Origin: a virus
Length of the DNA: 64,000 bases
IMG/VR virus record: IMGVR_UViG_3300007274_000026
Span: 8,541-72,540 of that record
Strand: one strand, 5' to 3'
Shown here: in pieces, positions 30,077-39,757 of the stretch
How the letters are laid out: each line of letters opens with the position of its first letter
Position numbering within the stretch: position 1 is the stretch's first letter
Translations under genes and position numbers: made by a program
The notes under the pieces: model-generated
Database searches by the model: none
What the model was told of the DNA's origin: nothing
Seen by the model: only the letters and a program-made list of their open reading frames with translations

Positions 30077-30655
30077 TCAACCCGCCTCATAAGCCTTTTC
30101 GTGATTTTCGGAATCAAGCTCCTCGAGGCGGGTATTAAGACTTTCGACGCCCAGGCCTTCTGACCAAAGGCCTGACGCGGTGGTGGCGGTCTGATTCAGG
30201 ACGGTCATGAACTTCGTAGCTCGATCAAGCGTCCAATCCTCATCGTTGCTGTTGTCGATGGCCATATCCGTCTTGGACAACACCTTGGAAGCCAGCACCG
30301 ACAGATCCTTGCCAAGGGTCTTTTGGAAACGCTCGAATTCTTCGAGCTCAATCCGCATTTTCTCGCGGCGCGTTTCCGCTTGAATTCGCGCCTTATTGGC
30401 CAGATCCCATCTATCGAAGAGTTCGGCGCGAAACGCCCAGCGATTGTCACGCTGGAGAGCGGAGAGCGTCTTCTGATCTGGCGTTCGTTTGATCTGATCG
30501 TCGGCCAGCAGCGCTTTCACCGTCTCGGCGATTGAACGCTGGGGACCAAGCCCCTCAAATGTTTTGTAGTAAAGGTAGTGAAGCGCAGATTCACCTGCTT
30601 GTTGCTGCCACGCCTTCAGTTCACTTCCGTGAACGACTTCAAGTGGGGAAGACAT
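30077..30655 (-). CDS. Terminase small subunit-like protein
   Basis: WQQQAGES...LGPQRSI...RWAFRA; upstream of TerL. Confidence 0.65.
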   Translation of the reverse strand: MSSPLEVVHGSELKAWQQQAGESALHYLYYKTFEGLGPQRSIAETVKALLADDQIKRTPDQKTLSALQRDNRWAFRAELFDRWDLANKARIQAETRREKMRIELEEFERFQKTLGKDLSVLASKVLSKTDMAIDNSNDEDWTLDRATKFMTVLNQTATTASGLWSEGLGVESLNTRLEELDSENHEKAYEAG

Positions 30656-30749
30656 AACTAATCATGGCGCCGCCATTTCTTGATCTAATTAAAGCGAATT
30701 GGGAAGGGGCTTGTCCTTGCCAGCCTAGCCAAGGCGGTATAATGGGACC

Positions 30750-31088
30750 ATGACACCCCGAACCATGGTTGCCAAGCTTGATCTAGATCCTGAACATCTC
30801 TGGGAGGTGTATCAGCGCACCGGCAGCCTCAGAGCGGCAAGTCGGGAGATCGGGGCGGGTCATATGCTCATCAAAGCCCACCTGCAAAGAGCTGGTTACA
30901 CCGTCGAGAAAAAAGAGACGGGGCAGTCCATGCACCCCAAATTTAAAATTTATATTCGTCCCGAGCAATTCGAAGCGCTCGATAAGCTCGCCCACGAACG
31001 CGGCGTTGAGAACCGCCACGAGATAGGCCGCCAGCTGCTGGACAAAGCCCTCAAAGAAGAGCTGAAGGACTGGAAGCCGACCGTTTGA
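30750..31088 (+). CDS. DNA-binding protein (HTH plus RHH-like)
   Basis: GSLRAASREIG; near-leaderless behind GGCGGTATAAT. Confidence 0.55.
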   Translation: MTPRTMVAKLDLDPEHLWEVYQRTGSLRAASREIGAGHMLIKAHLQRAGYTVEKKETGQSMHPKFKIYIRPEQFEALDKLAHERGVENRHEIGRQLLDKALKEELKDWKPTV

Positions 31089-31348
31089 GCCTGATGCAGT
31101 TACAGCAAAGAGGATCCCGCACCTTGTACAAGGGCGGGTCGCTGGTGGAGCTTGTCCACATCATGCGAAACCACGCATTAGAGCCTTGCCCGAGCGTTGA
31201 CGCCTACATGCAGGCGTATTCAGAGCGGATGCAGAAATGGGATGGGTCAAAGATCAGGACCACCAGCGCGACAGAGTTTCTGCAGGACTTGCAGCGCTGC
31301 GGTGAGGTGCGGATCTGGGAAGATTGGCGACCTTATCGACCAGACTAA
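31085..31348 (+). CDS. Hypothetical protein
   Basis: Coupled ORF. Confidence 0.45.
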   Translation: MSLMQLQQRGSRTLYKGGSLVELVHIMRNHALEPCPSVDAYMQAYSERMQKWDGSKIRTTSATEFLQDLQRCGEVRIWEDWRPYRPD

Positions 31349-31388
31349 TTAAGGCTGGTATTCTGGGTCAGCCCACTGCCACCACAGG

Positions 31389-32198
31389 ATGGACTTCAAA
31401 CCCATTTCCACGTTGATCAAACCTGAATTCAACGCGGACAACCACAGCTACAGCTTCGACGGTCAACCCCTGCCAGGCGTTAGCTACCTGATGGAACAGA
31501 TCGGGGTAAAGGAGCCCTTTGATCGGACCTTTTGGTTTCAAAGCCTGATCCGCAAGGGCATGACCGAAGAAGAGGCCATTGAGCACATGGACATGCGCTG
31601 TCAGCTGGGCATTGCCCGCGGCAATGGCTTGCATGGTTATGTCGAAAGCTGGATTAAGGGCGGTAGGCCTAACGCAAAGGATTTCTGCCCGCCTGAGCTG
31701 CCATCACTTGATCCCTATGTGGCTGGCTTCCATGAGTTTCTGGCTCACTACGAAGTCAGCAGCGTTCTGCTCTGCGAGCAACCGCTGGTCAATCCCATTG
31801 CCATGTATTGCGGCACCGTGGATTGTCTGGCCGTCACGCCAAACGGCTTGATGACGATTGATTGGAAGACCACGGAAACGCTGAAGAAGTATCGGCGGCA
31901 CGAATGGCAGTGTTACCAACAGGTGCTTTATGCGGCTGCCATCAACCGCTGCTACATCCTCGACCGACCCGTTGATAAAGGGATGTCGGTCACGTTTGCG
32001 GAGGATGGCTGGAAAGTTCAGGAATGGCCAACTGAACTGTTCATGCCTCGATGGGCTGAAGTGAAACAACTAATTTGGGATTTCTGGCACGAGCAACTTG
32101 AGCTTGGTCAGATGACTGAATGGCCCGGTGCTGCACCGCGTGCCATTGAAGCGATGCAGCGCCAATGGGGCGCCAAAAAGCAGCCTGCTGCTGTCTGA
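31389..32198 (+). CDS. PD-(D/E)XK exonuclease
   Basis: HSY, PGVS, RGNGLH, EQPL, YCGTVDC, IDWKT, QQVLY. Confidence 0.8.
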   Translation: MDFKPISTLIKPEFNADNHSYSFDGQPLPGVSYLMEQIGVKEPFDRTFWFQSLIRKGMTEEEAIEHMDMRCQLGIARGNGLHGYVESWIKGGRPNAKDFCPPELPSLDPYVAGFHEFLAHYEVSSVLLCEQPLVNPIAMYCGTVDCLAVTPNGLMTIDWKTTETLKKYRRHEWQCYQQVLYAAAINRCYILDRPVDKGMSVTFAEDGWKVQEWPTELFMPRWAEVKQLIWDFWHEQLELGQMTEWPGAAPRAIEAMQRQWGAKKQPAAV

Positions 32199-32219
32199 TT
32201 ACCACCACCAACACAACAG

Positions 32220-32741
32220 ATGATTCTCAGCGACAACAGCCTCTATTCGCTAGCTAATAACGGCATGGTCACGCCGTTTGAGCGGAGCAACGTTCAGGGC
32301 TCAAGCATTGATCTGACCCTGGGGAACAGCATCAAGGTTGAAGCCACCACCGGCTCTGGTGGAGAGTGGTTTGAAGTTGACCTCAGTGAACAGGGCTATT
32401 CCCTGGATCCAGGGGAGTTCATCCTGGCCCATACCGAGGAGGTGATCAGCGTGCCTGAGGGTTGCGCTGCAATGGTGCTGCTGCGCTCCTCAGCTGCTCG
32501 CGCTGGCTATGAGCACAGCCTGGCGGGATGGTGCGATCCAGGGTTTAAGGGGCAGATCACTTTGGAGCTTCGGAACAACCTTCGCTTTCGTCAGCTGCCA
32601 GTTAAGCCAGGGATGCGCTTATGCCAGCTGATCGTTCACAGGCTGGATGGACAAGCTGCTAACCATTACGGCTTGCGGGGCAACTATCAGGGACAGATGG
32701 GAGTGACCGCTAGCAACAACAACTTTCAGAAGGTGGCCTGA
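32220..32741 (+). CDS. dcd: dCTP deaminase
   Basis: MILSD, SIDLTL, RSSAARAG, AGWCDPGFKGQITLE, YQGQ. Confidence 0.9.
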   Translation: MILSDNSLYSLANNGMVTPFERSNVQGSSIDLTLGNSIKVEATTGSGGEWFEVDLSEQGYSLDPGEFILAHTEEVISVPEGCAAMVLLRSSAARAGYEHSLAGWCDPGFKGQITLELRNNLRFRQLPVKPGMRLCQLIVHRLDGQAANHYGLRGNYQGQMGVTASNNNFQKVA

Positions 32742-32908
32742 TGGGGATGAACAAAAACACCACGAACAAGCGGCTGAAATCAGTGACCATGTGCCTCAAC
32801 CCTGAGGAGTATCAGGAGCTGGTGAACAAGGCTGAACAGGTTGGGATGAAGCCGTCTGTTATTGCTCGCCGCTTGCTGCTTGAACACATCCGCTTCTATG
32901 CCCAATGA
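32741..32908 (+). CDS. Ribbon-helix-helix protein
   Basis: Manual translation KSVTMCLNPEEYQELVNKAEQVGMKPSVIARRLLL. Confidence 0.55.
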   Translation: MGMNKNTTNKRLKSVTMCLNPEEYQELVNKAEQVGMKPSVIARRLLLEHIRFYAQ

Positions 32909-33237
32909 AATCTGACAAGTACGTCATTCCCGGTTCACTAGGCATCTGGCGTTACAAACAGCGAGAAGGACCTCCAGTGGTTTACATCGTCCACATGCCG
33001 CACAAGTTCACCACTCGCCCCTTCTCTGACAAGAAGGAAGCGATCAAGTTCATCAAATGGCCCAAGTCAACACCAACCGGCCAAGCCATCCGGGAATGGT
33101 TCGATCAATTTGATGATGAGAACGTGGTGGCGAAGCCTGCCGACGAGTTCCACCAGCAGATCAAAGCTGAAGGGTTCGGCCCTGAGGCTCACATTGAGGA
33201 AGAGGAACCAAACGCCAACACACGAACGGTGATCTAG
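32905..33237 (+). CDS. Hypothetical protein
   Basis: Coupled ORF. Confidence 0.5.
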   Translation: MKSDKYVIPGSLGIWRYKQREGPPVVYIVHMPHKFTTRPFSDKKEAIKFIKWPKSTPTGQAIREWFDQFDDENVVAKPADEFHQQIKAEGFGPEAHIEEEEPNANTRTVI

Positions 33238-33392
33238 GACGTCTTTTTCAGATCCTGGCTCATCAAGCCTGTGAATGTGCCGTGCAAGGGATGCTCACGC
33301 TTGTCACGGCCATCTGCAACGTAAAGCTTTTCCATCAGCTTGATGCGCCGGATCATTTCAGGAACGTTTTCAGCGCCGTAGGCAAGGGTCAT
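33234..33392 (-). CDS. Small hypothetical protein
   Basis: Manual translation ...LYVADGRDKREHPLHGTFTGL. Confidence 0.5.
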   Translation of the reverse strand: MTLAYGAENVPEMIRRIKLMEKLYVADGRDKREHPLHGTFTGLMSQDLKKTS

Positions 33393-33592
33393 TTCTTTTT
33401 AGAGGTGGGGCGTTTCTTGGCGGTGCGGGCGGCGCGCTTGAAGTCCGCGTCTTTGGGGCGGCGAGTCTTCTCGCCGGCCTTTTTCTTTTTGCCAGCTCCA
33501 AGTTTTTTGAGGTTGATTGACCGGTAGAGGCCGGGCTTCTGGCGCTTCAGCTTTTTGATTTTTTGAGCCTTGGACAGCTTTTTGGCGGCCAT
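33389..33592 (-). CDS. Small highly basic protein
   Basis: KPGLYRSI...DFKRAARTAKK. Confidence 0.55.
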   Translation of the reverse strand: MAAKKLSKAQKIKKLKRQKPGLYRSINLKKLGAGKKKKAGEKTRRPKDADFKRAARTAKKRPTSKKK

Positions 33593-33702
33593 GGGCCCAA
33601 AACGCATCAGCAAATCCAGCTTAGCTAGTTGCCATGCGTAGCTAGCAGTGGTATGGTTCAAGGCAACGGGGCAAGCCCCGCAACCACCACCACTTCAACA
33701 AC

Positions 33703-34020
33703 GTGATTTTCCGCACGCTCATCGCACCTGCTTTCGCTGCCATGTCGGCACTGCAGCCCGTCGCAGCCATGCAGCAGGTGCCCGCAGGCTTCGCCTACGT
33801 CAACAACTCCGACGAAGGCGACTTGTATTTCATCAAGCAAGTTGCCAAGTCTGGCGACCTGCAATTCACCCAGATCCACGCCATCGCCCCTGATGGCGAC
33901 GCCTACACCGTCACCTACACGTTCAACTGTGCAACCCGCCAATACAAGAGCGGCGATCAGTGGAAATCTCCCAACCCCAACACCGTTGGCGTGGAGTGGA
34001 TGGACCAATCCTGCAACTGA
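33703..34020 (+). CDS. Putative exported protein
   Basis: Signal-peptide-like N-terminus; two Cys. Confidence 0.5.
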   Translation: MIFRTLIAPAFAAMSALQPVAAMQQVPAGFAYVNNSDEGDLYFIKQVAKSGDLQFTQIHAIAPDGDAYTVTYTFNCATRQYKSGDQWKSPNPNTVGVEWMDQSCN

Positions 34021-34055
34021 TCACCACGACTAGCTAACCAACCATCATCAAAACC

Positions 34056-34316
34056 ATGAACCTGATCAAAGCCACCGTTGCAGCCGCCGCCGTCGTGACG
34101 TGCTGCCTTGGCAACGAAATGCCTGCTCGCTCCGACAGCTTCACTTGTATGGATCTGGGCCCTGGATATACAACCTGCTCAGGGTCAGGCGGCAGCCACA
34201 CATTCATGGACCTTTCTCCTCGCCCCCTTGATATGGGCCTGCCTTCTCTTGATGAGCCCTTTGACAGTGGCATCAGGACCTGCAGCACTTTCGGTTCCAC
34301 AACCACCTGCTTCTGA
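34056..34316 (+). CDS. Putative exported Cys-rich small protein
   Basis: Signal-like start; TCxxxG..TTC repeats. Confidence 0.5.
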   Translation: MNLIKATVAAAAVVTCCLGNEMPARSDSFTCMDLGPGYTTCSGSGGSHTFMDLSPRPLDMGLPSLDEPFDSGIRTCSTFGSTTTCF

Positions 34317-34603
34317 TGACCTGGCGTTTTAGACGAAGCTTCAGCCTCATCCCTGGAGTTCGCATCAACCTCAGCAAGAACGGCTTCTCAAGCATGAGCA
34401 TCGGCCGACCTGGCGCCACACTCAACATCCCCATTGCTCGCGATGGGGGCGTTCGTGGCACCGTCGGCATCCCTGGCACTGGCCTTAGCTACAGCGAGGA
34501 GTTCGAGTCCCGCAAGCCTGATCTAGACGGCATGCCAGACCCGAACACCTGCACGTGGGCGGAATGGCAGGAAGCCTGGGAAAAGCGCGAAAACAGCAAA
34601 TGA
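34316..34603 (+). CDS. DUF4236-family protein
   Basis: WRFRRSFSLIPGVRINLSKNG...GIPGTGLSY. Confidence 0.8.
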   Translation: MTWRFRRSFSLIPGVRINLSKNGFSSMSIGRPGATLNIPIARDGGVRGTVGIPGTGLSYSEEFESRKPDLDGMPDPNTCTWAEWQEAWEKRENSK

Positions 34604-34631
34604 CCACCAACACCACCACAACCAACCACCA

Positions 34632-34811
34632 ATGAAACAACGCGAATTTCTTTCGGGTCGCTGGACCAAATCCTTAGGAGACGGACCAATTGCAAGATTT
34701 TCAATCGTCCTGCCTGCTGAAATGAAAGACAGGTTAAGAGCAGAAGCGCTAAAGCAAGGGACAGACTGCTCAGAGTTGACTCGATCAATTCTCAGAAGAG
34801 CTCTGTATTAA
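34632..34811 (+). CDS. Ribbon-helix-helix protein
   Basis: Manual translation RFSIVLPAEMKDRLRAEALKQGTDCSELTRSIL. Confidence 0.5.
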   Translation: MKQREFLSGRWTKSLGDGPIARFSIVLPAEMKDRLRAEALKQGTDCSELTRSILRRALY

Positions 34812-34837
34812 CCAACGGCCCCGAAAGGGGCCTTTAT

Positions 34838-35275
34838 TTATGGGACCTGCCTGATGGCAATCAATGCACCTGGAAGCTCCCCTTCGGCGGCGTAACGCTT
34901 GATCGCCGATGTCCTGGCTATACGGGCATCGTCCTGATAGGCAACGTTTGACAAGGCGTCTTCCGTGCTTCTCAGCAGCTTGCTGATGTCGGGCCGGGTG
35001 GAATGCAGAAGAGGGGCGCTTGGTTTGAGCTTGTCAGCGTTCTTGCCTGTGCCGTAGTGCGAACGGGGGCGCGGGAACACAAACTCAACTTGCATCTCAA
35101 CCGCCCCCATTAAAGGCTGCGCACCTTCGGCCACGGCGGCATCAGTCACAGCAGCGCGCCACGATTTGACGTGTTTACACGATTCGATCATCACGCCATT
35201 GCCGACCATCCTTTTGCTGCCTTGGGGCATCGGGATGTGTCCACGGACTTTAATTGTGATCTGTTCGTTCATCAA
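34838..35275 (-). CDS. rusA: RusA Holliday junction resolvase
   Basis: PQGSK, FVFPRP, RPDISKLLRSTEDAL, DDARI. Confidence 0.88.
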   Translation of the reverse strand: MMNEQITIKVRGHIPMPQGSKRMVGNGVMIESCKHVKSWRAAVTDAAVAEGAQPLMGAVEMQVEFVFPRPRSHYGTGKNADKLKPSAPLLHSTRPDISKLLRSTEDALSNVAYQDDARIARTSAIKRYAAEGELPGALIAIRQVP

Positions 35276-35404
35276 GCCAATGCGGCGGTGGTTCCTTTGT
35301 GAATTCCTGGTCGACAGCTCTGCGGTAATCCCGTTGCCATCCCCGATCCCTTGCCCACAACCAGCCGCGCACTGAAGAACGGACCCGTTGCGGGCGCAGT
35401 TTGA

Positions 35405-36376
35405 TTACGCGATAGCTGGGAGCTTCTTCGCTGGCTTCTCCACCATTACCGTTGCGGGTAGGTTCAGCTGGCATTGATTGATCACTCCTGCTCTGAAACG
35501 TAATTTGCGCAGCGCGCTGTCGCGGATCTGCCGCGTGCGCTCACGGCTGACACCATCACGCCCGCTGCCATCCAGGTTCACCAGCGTTTTGCCAATGTCG
35601 CTGAGCTTCATCGGCTTATCAGCTTCAATGCCGTAATAAGAGAGGATCACCGTTCGTTCCCGGTCGTTCAAACAAGACAGCATCTGTTCGTCCAGGTTGT
35701 ACTCATCCAGGCTTTCATCAAAAGCCTCACGACGAATGGGTTCTTCTTTGTCGTGGATCAGATCCAGCAGCATCGTCCAATCGTCATTGCCGACATTGGT
35801 GTGAAGGCTGGTGATAGGGGCAAAGGCTTCCAGCGTTTCACGTACTTTGTTTTCGCTGATGCTGAGGATTGCGCCGATCTCGGTAAGGCTTGGCTGACGG
35901 AAATGCGCCTGCTCGAATTCGGCAGTAACTCTGCGGATCTTGTGATGCAGTTCTGAGATATGAAGCGGCAAGCGGATGGAACGGGTCTGCGAGTCGATAG
36001 CCCGCGTCATCGCCTGACGAATCCACCAGTAGGCGTAGGTGCTGAACTTGTATCCCCTGGTGTGATCAAATTTTTCAACAGCACGGTTGAGGCCAATGCT
36101 GCCTTCTTGGATCAGGTCGATCAGTTCAAGATTGAAGAAGGAGTATTTTTTAGCTACAGCAACCACCATCCTGAGGTTGCCTTCAATCATTCGTTTTCGC
36201 GCTCGCTGCCCCATGCGAACCGCGCGCAACTGCTGCGGTGTTCGCTCAGAAGGCGGCACTTCTTCTTCAACCGCTAAACCAGCTTGAACTTTGCGGGAAA
36301 GGTCGATTTCTTCGGCTGCAGTCAGAAGGGGGATTTTGCCAATTCTGGACAAATACAAACCGAGAGCATCTTTCAT
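35405..36376 (-). CDS. Sigma70-family (RpoD-like) sigma factor
   Basis: YLSRIGKIPLLT, NLRMVVAVAKKY, DLIQEG, KFSTYAYWWIRQA, SRERTRQI. Confidence 0.93.
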   Translation of the reverse strand: MKDALGLYLSRIGKIPLLTAAEEIDLSRKVQAGLAVEEEVPPSERTPQQLRAVRMGQRARKRMIEGNLRMVVAVAKKYSFFNLELIDLIQEGSIGLNRAVEKFDHTRGYKFSTYAYWWIRQAMTRAIDSQTRSIRLPLHISELHHKIRRVTAEFEQAHFRQPSLTEIGAILSISENKVRETLEAFAPITSLHTNVGNDDWTMLLDLIHDKEEPIRREAFDESLDEYNLDEQMLSCLNDRERTVILSYYGIEADKPMKLSDIGKTLVNLDGSGRDGVSRERTRQIRDSALRKLRFRAGVINQCQLNLPATVMVEKPAKKLPAIA

Positions 36377-36690
36377 GCGTGGGATAAATGCGCATGGACC
36401 GCACCATACAAAAAAATCCCACGATTAGCTAGCAAAGGCTGCGAATAAGTCCAAACAGCAGAAAACCCCCAGCCGGTATGCGGACTGAGGGTTTTCCCCG
36501 ATGCCGCATGCAAGCGACAGTCGGACGGGACCACGCAACCACCACAGAAGTGTGGCCCCGCGATGTAGTCATCATACCACGTAGCTAGGGCTGGTGGCAA
36601 AGTTTGGCGATGCGCGACATCACAACATGCGCTACATGGACCATAAGGAATGAATGCATACCTAAAGCGCACATAGACTCTCACTGGACT

Positions 36691-37182
36691 TTAGGCGTGC
36701 CTGGCGAACTCCCCATGCAACTCCTCGCGCTTTGCTCTGACCGCTTCCAGGGCTTCCTCCTTGGTCTTATGGCACCCGAGGTAGTGACTGACCTTGTTCA
36801 CCTGAACACGCGCCATCCAGCGCTGGCTGGACTTGTCAAAGCGAACGCCTTTGTCAGGGCGCGACTGATTCATCATGTTCTGGCTATGGGTGGCCTCCCG
36901 CAGGTTGCTGATGCGGTTGTCAAAGCCGTTCCCGTTGCGGTGGTCGACCCGCCCCGCAGGGTCAGTCCCGTAATACAACTTCCAAGCAATGCGGTGCTCA
37001 AGAAACGATCCCTGCGGGTGGAACGTAATAGATCGGTATCTAGGGGTTTTGTTGCCAGCGCGGTCACCTGCCTTTACAGCGTGCCCGTTGCCTACTTTCC
37101 AGGTCAACACGCCAGTTTCGGGGCAATAGTTCAGCTTCTCCTGCAGAAACTCCAGTGGCGGGAGGGGTTTTGAGTTATGCAT
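36691..37182 (-). CDS. HNH endonuclease with an AP2-like C-terminus
   Basis: YCPETG, HRIAW, DHRNGNGFDNRISNLR, KGV...WMARV...YLG. Confidence 0.88.
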   Translation of the reverse strand: MHNSKPLPPLEFLQEKLNYCPETGVLTWKVGNGHAVKAGDRAGNKTPRYRSITFHPQGSFLEHRIAWKLYYGTDPAGRVDHRNGNGFDNRISNLREATHSQNMMNQSRPDKGVRFDKSSQRWMARVQVNKVSHYLGCHKTKEEALEAVRAKREELHGEFARHA

Positions 37183-38493
37183 AAAATCACTTTAGCCTAT
37201 GCAAGGTGCTCCACAACCGAACAAGATTCAGCATTAGAAGCTCAAATAGTTCGGCTAAAAGAAGCGGGCGCAGAGAAAGTTATTAGCGAACTTATTTCAG
37301 GAAGGAATAACGAAAGGCCAGGGATCCTCGAGGCCATGGCCATGGTGAAAAAGGGGATGGTCAAAGAACTGCTGGTGACGCGGGTTGATCGTCTGGGTCG
37401 TGACGCGGGTTACGCGGACCAACTGCTGGCTTTATGCCAAGACAGCGGGGTGATCGTTCGGGCGCTCGATGGAGGGGAGATCGAGACGGCAAGCCCTCAG
37501 GGATTTCTGATGGCCCGCATGATGACTTCGATGGCTGAGATGGAATCGAAAATGCTGTCCATGCGCATCAAACGAAGCTTTGCGGTATACAGAGCTCAAG
37601 GACGTCACTTAAAGCGCAGGTTGATCTTCGGCTACACGAAGGGTGAAAACTTCAAGCTCGCCCCGCATCCTGAGAATTGGGACAAAGCCCTGTATGTGAT
37701 CGAGCTACTCAAAGAGCTTGGCTCGTTCACGAAGGTCAGCCAACGATTAGGGAAGGAAGGTTTCCCGTGGACTCCCGCCTCATCGAATTTAGAATTTTGG
37801 TTCGTCAACCCAACAATCCGCGGCCACCTTCCCCACCTATGGGATCGCAGCAGCGGCAAAGGCTGGAAAGCCAACTGGAAGGAGACCTATTTTGACCAAC
37901 ACCCTGCCCTGATCAGTGAGCACGATTGGCGCGAGCTGGCCGACAAGCTCCGCAGGGTCAAGAACAACTTTGAGCAAACAGGCAAATCCCCAGGACATGG
38001 CCTGACGGGCGTTCTGTCCTGCATGAGTTGCGGCCATAACCTCAGACGCAACACCAGCCAAGGAACGGTCTGGTGGTCCTGCCGCAACCGCAATTGCAGC
38101 GCTCGTGGTCGCGGCAAGGAAATCGACCTGATTCAGCTTGCTGCTGTTGAGTCAGCCAAGGCTGCCAAGCGCCTCGCCCAGCTAATGGCAACGCCGCAAG
38201 CGGAAGATCCGCGGGTGGCAATGAAACGGGCTGACCTGCAAGCTCTGCAGGCTCTTGCTGTTCGTAACCCGTCAATGCTTCCAGCCGTGGAAGCATTGAA
38301 AAATGAGATCACTGCAATGCAGCAGACGGACGCGCCTCAAGTCGACGTGAGCCGATATGAGGCCTTTACCCGCGATCCAGAGCTGTTTCTAGATCAGTCG
38401 CCTGCCGTTCAGCGAGCGCTTTTTCTGCACGTCCTACAAACGATTCAGGTAGGTCAGGGAGGGGTTGCCCAGTCCGTTCCGCGTGTCGCTTGA
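37177..38493 (+). CDS. Large serine recombinase / integrase
   Basis: YARCST, SGR..RP, RVDRLGR, FGY, HPALIS, zinc ribbon CxxCG...CxxxxC. Confidence 0.9.
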   Translation: MHKITLAYARCSTTEQDSALEAQIVRLKEAGAEKVISELISGRNNERPGILEAMAMVKKGMVKELLVTRVDRLGRDAGYADQLLALCQDSGVIVRALDGGEIETASPQGFLMARMMTSMAEMESKMLSMRIKRSFAVYRAQGRHLKRRLIFGYTKGENFKLAPHPENWDKALYVIELLKELGSFTKVSQRLGKEGFPWTPASSNLEFWFVNPTIRGHLPHLWDRSSGKGWKANWKETYFDQHPALISEHDWRELADKLRRVKNNFEQTGKSPGHGLTGVLSCMSCGHNLRRNTSQGTVWWSCRNRNCSARGRGKEIDLIQLAAVESAKAAKRLAQLMATPQAEDPRVAMKRADLQALQALAVRNPSMLPAVEALKNEITAMQQTDAPQVDVSRYEAFTRDPELFLDQSPAVQRALFLHVLQTIQVGQGGVAQSVPRVA

Positions 38494-38705
38494 TCGCGAT
38501 GATCAAAGCGTCCCTGGCTGAAAATTCCATAACTAGCTAGCGGAGTGATCAGAGGTGGCGCCACCGGCTAAGGACATGTGGCGAATGATGTTCAGCAACT
38601 TGCGGGCGGCATCTTTGGTGGGCTGCCATCCGTGGGCTTTGCCGTCGGTGCTGACGACTTGGTAGCCGCCATCCATGGCGGCCAGATGAAACCGAGGGTA
38701 GCTAG

Positions 38706-39029
38706 TCAAGATGCCTCCGCAGCAAGGTAAATATCCAGGGCTTCGAGAATGCCGCTGATCTCATCCTGAATCTGTGTGATCCGATAGGTGATCGAAAGCT
38801 TTCCGATCTGGTCCAAGTAGTCGTGGTGAACCTGCTGAATCGCCTCTAGCTGAAACGTTCGGGAGTTGAGCAGGCTGAAAAGCACGCTGATAGTGACCAC
38901 AACGCTGTCCGAACGGGCGGCACCTTCAAGAATGTCTGGGAGCTCGATCTCAAGGGCTTCAACGCTTTTGCCGATGTGCTCGACGATTTCGCAGACGGAA
39001 TCCGCCCTTGTGGCCAAGTCCTTGGTCAT
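38706..39029 (-). CDS. Hypothetical protein
   Basis: Own promoter cassette near 39055-39085. Confidence 0.5.
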   Translation of the reverse strand: MTKDLATRADSVCEIVEHIGKSVEALEIELPDILEGAARSDSVVVTISVLFSLLNSRTFQLEAIQQVHHDYLDQIGKLSITYRITQIQDEISGILEALDIYLAAEAS

Positions 39030-39187
39030 GCTGATTTTGTGGTGATCGCCCCGTCAGCCTACCACCCTTAGCTAACGGTGGCACACGTTTGGGGAACGTG
39101 CCTTCTGTTTAGGTCCACCCCCCCAGTTCTGGCAAGGACTTACGCATTAAAAAAGCCCCGCTGTTGCGGGGCATCTGATCTGTCGGA

Positions 39188-39724
39188 CTAGCTAGCCAGT
39201 AGCTGCGCCGCTTCAACAACTTTTGAATGCGCCTCCTGCACCGCCTGAACCCTGATGGCGAAACCTGGATCCTTCAGGTTGCCGCCAATCTGGTTTAACT
39301 CTTGGATGGCTTTCTGAGCTTGGTTCAACCTCTTCTGAGCATCTCGCCAGACCAGCTCAAAATGCTCTGGATTGTCCTTCAAGGATGCCGCAGTGACATA
39401 AACGCCAGGGTCCTTCGGCTTCTCATATTCAAGCTCTCGAACGTTGTAGTAAAGCGGCGTTGGCGCCGGGTCTTTGTCGTACCAAACTTCAACCCACTTG
39501 ATCAGGTCGCGGCTTTGGTGCTTGCGATATTCGTTCGCCGCAACGTCATTACGCCACTCAAAGCACTCATGCAATGGAGCCTGTTCAGGCTCGGATGCAT
39601 CCACAACACCTTGCGCTGTTAATGCACCTTGATCGGCCTCAATGTCAGCCAAGGCTTCGCCGACATTGTCGGCCGTTAGTCCGTGCTTGGTTTTGGATCC
39701 GTCCCTGAATGCGTAGCTGGTCAT
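39188..39724 (-). CDS. Conserved phage protein, candidate accessory factor of the RAMP-repeat locus
   Basis: GEAL..I....GALTAQGVVDAS....APLHECFEWRND.AA..YR..Q.R.LI; directly downstream of the array; terminator at 39149-39172. Confidence 0.65.
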   Translation of the reverse strand: MTSYAFRDGSKTKHGLTADNVGEALADIEADQGALTAQGVVDASEPEQAPLHECFEWRNDVAANEYRKHQSRDLIKWVEVWYDKDPAPTPLYYNVRELEYEKPKDPGVYVTAASLKDNPEHFELVWRDAQKRLNQAQKAIQELNQIGGNLKDPGFAIRVQAVQEAHSKVVEAAQLLAS

Positions 39725-39757
39725 TGATTAGCTAGTGATGGTTGATAAGAGTATGGG

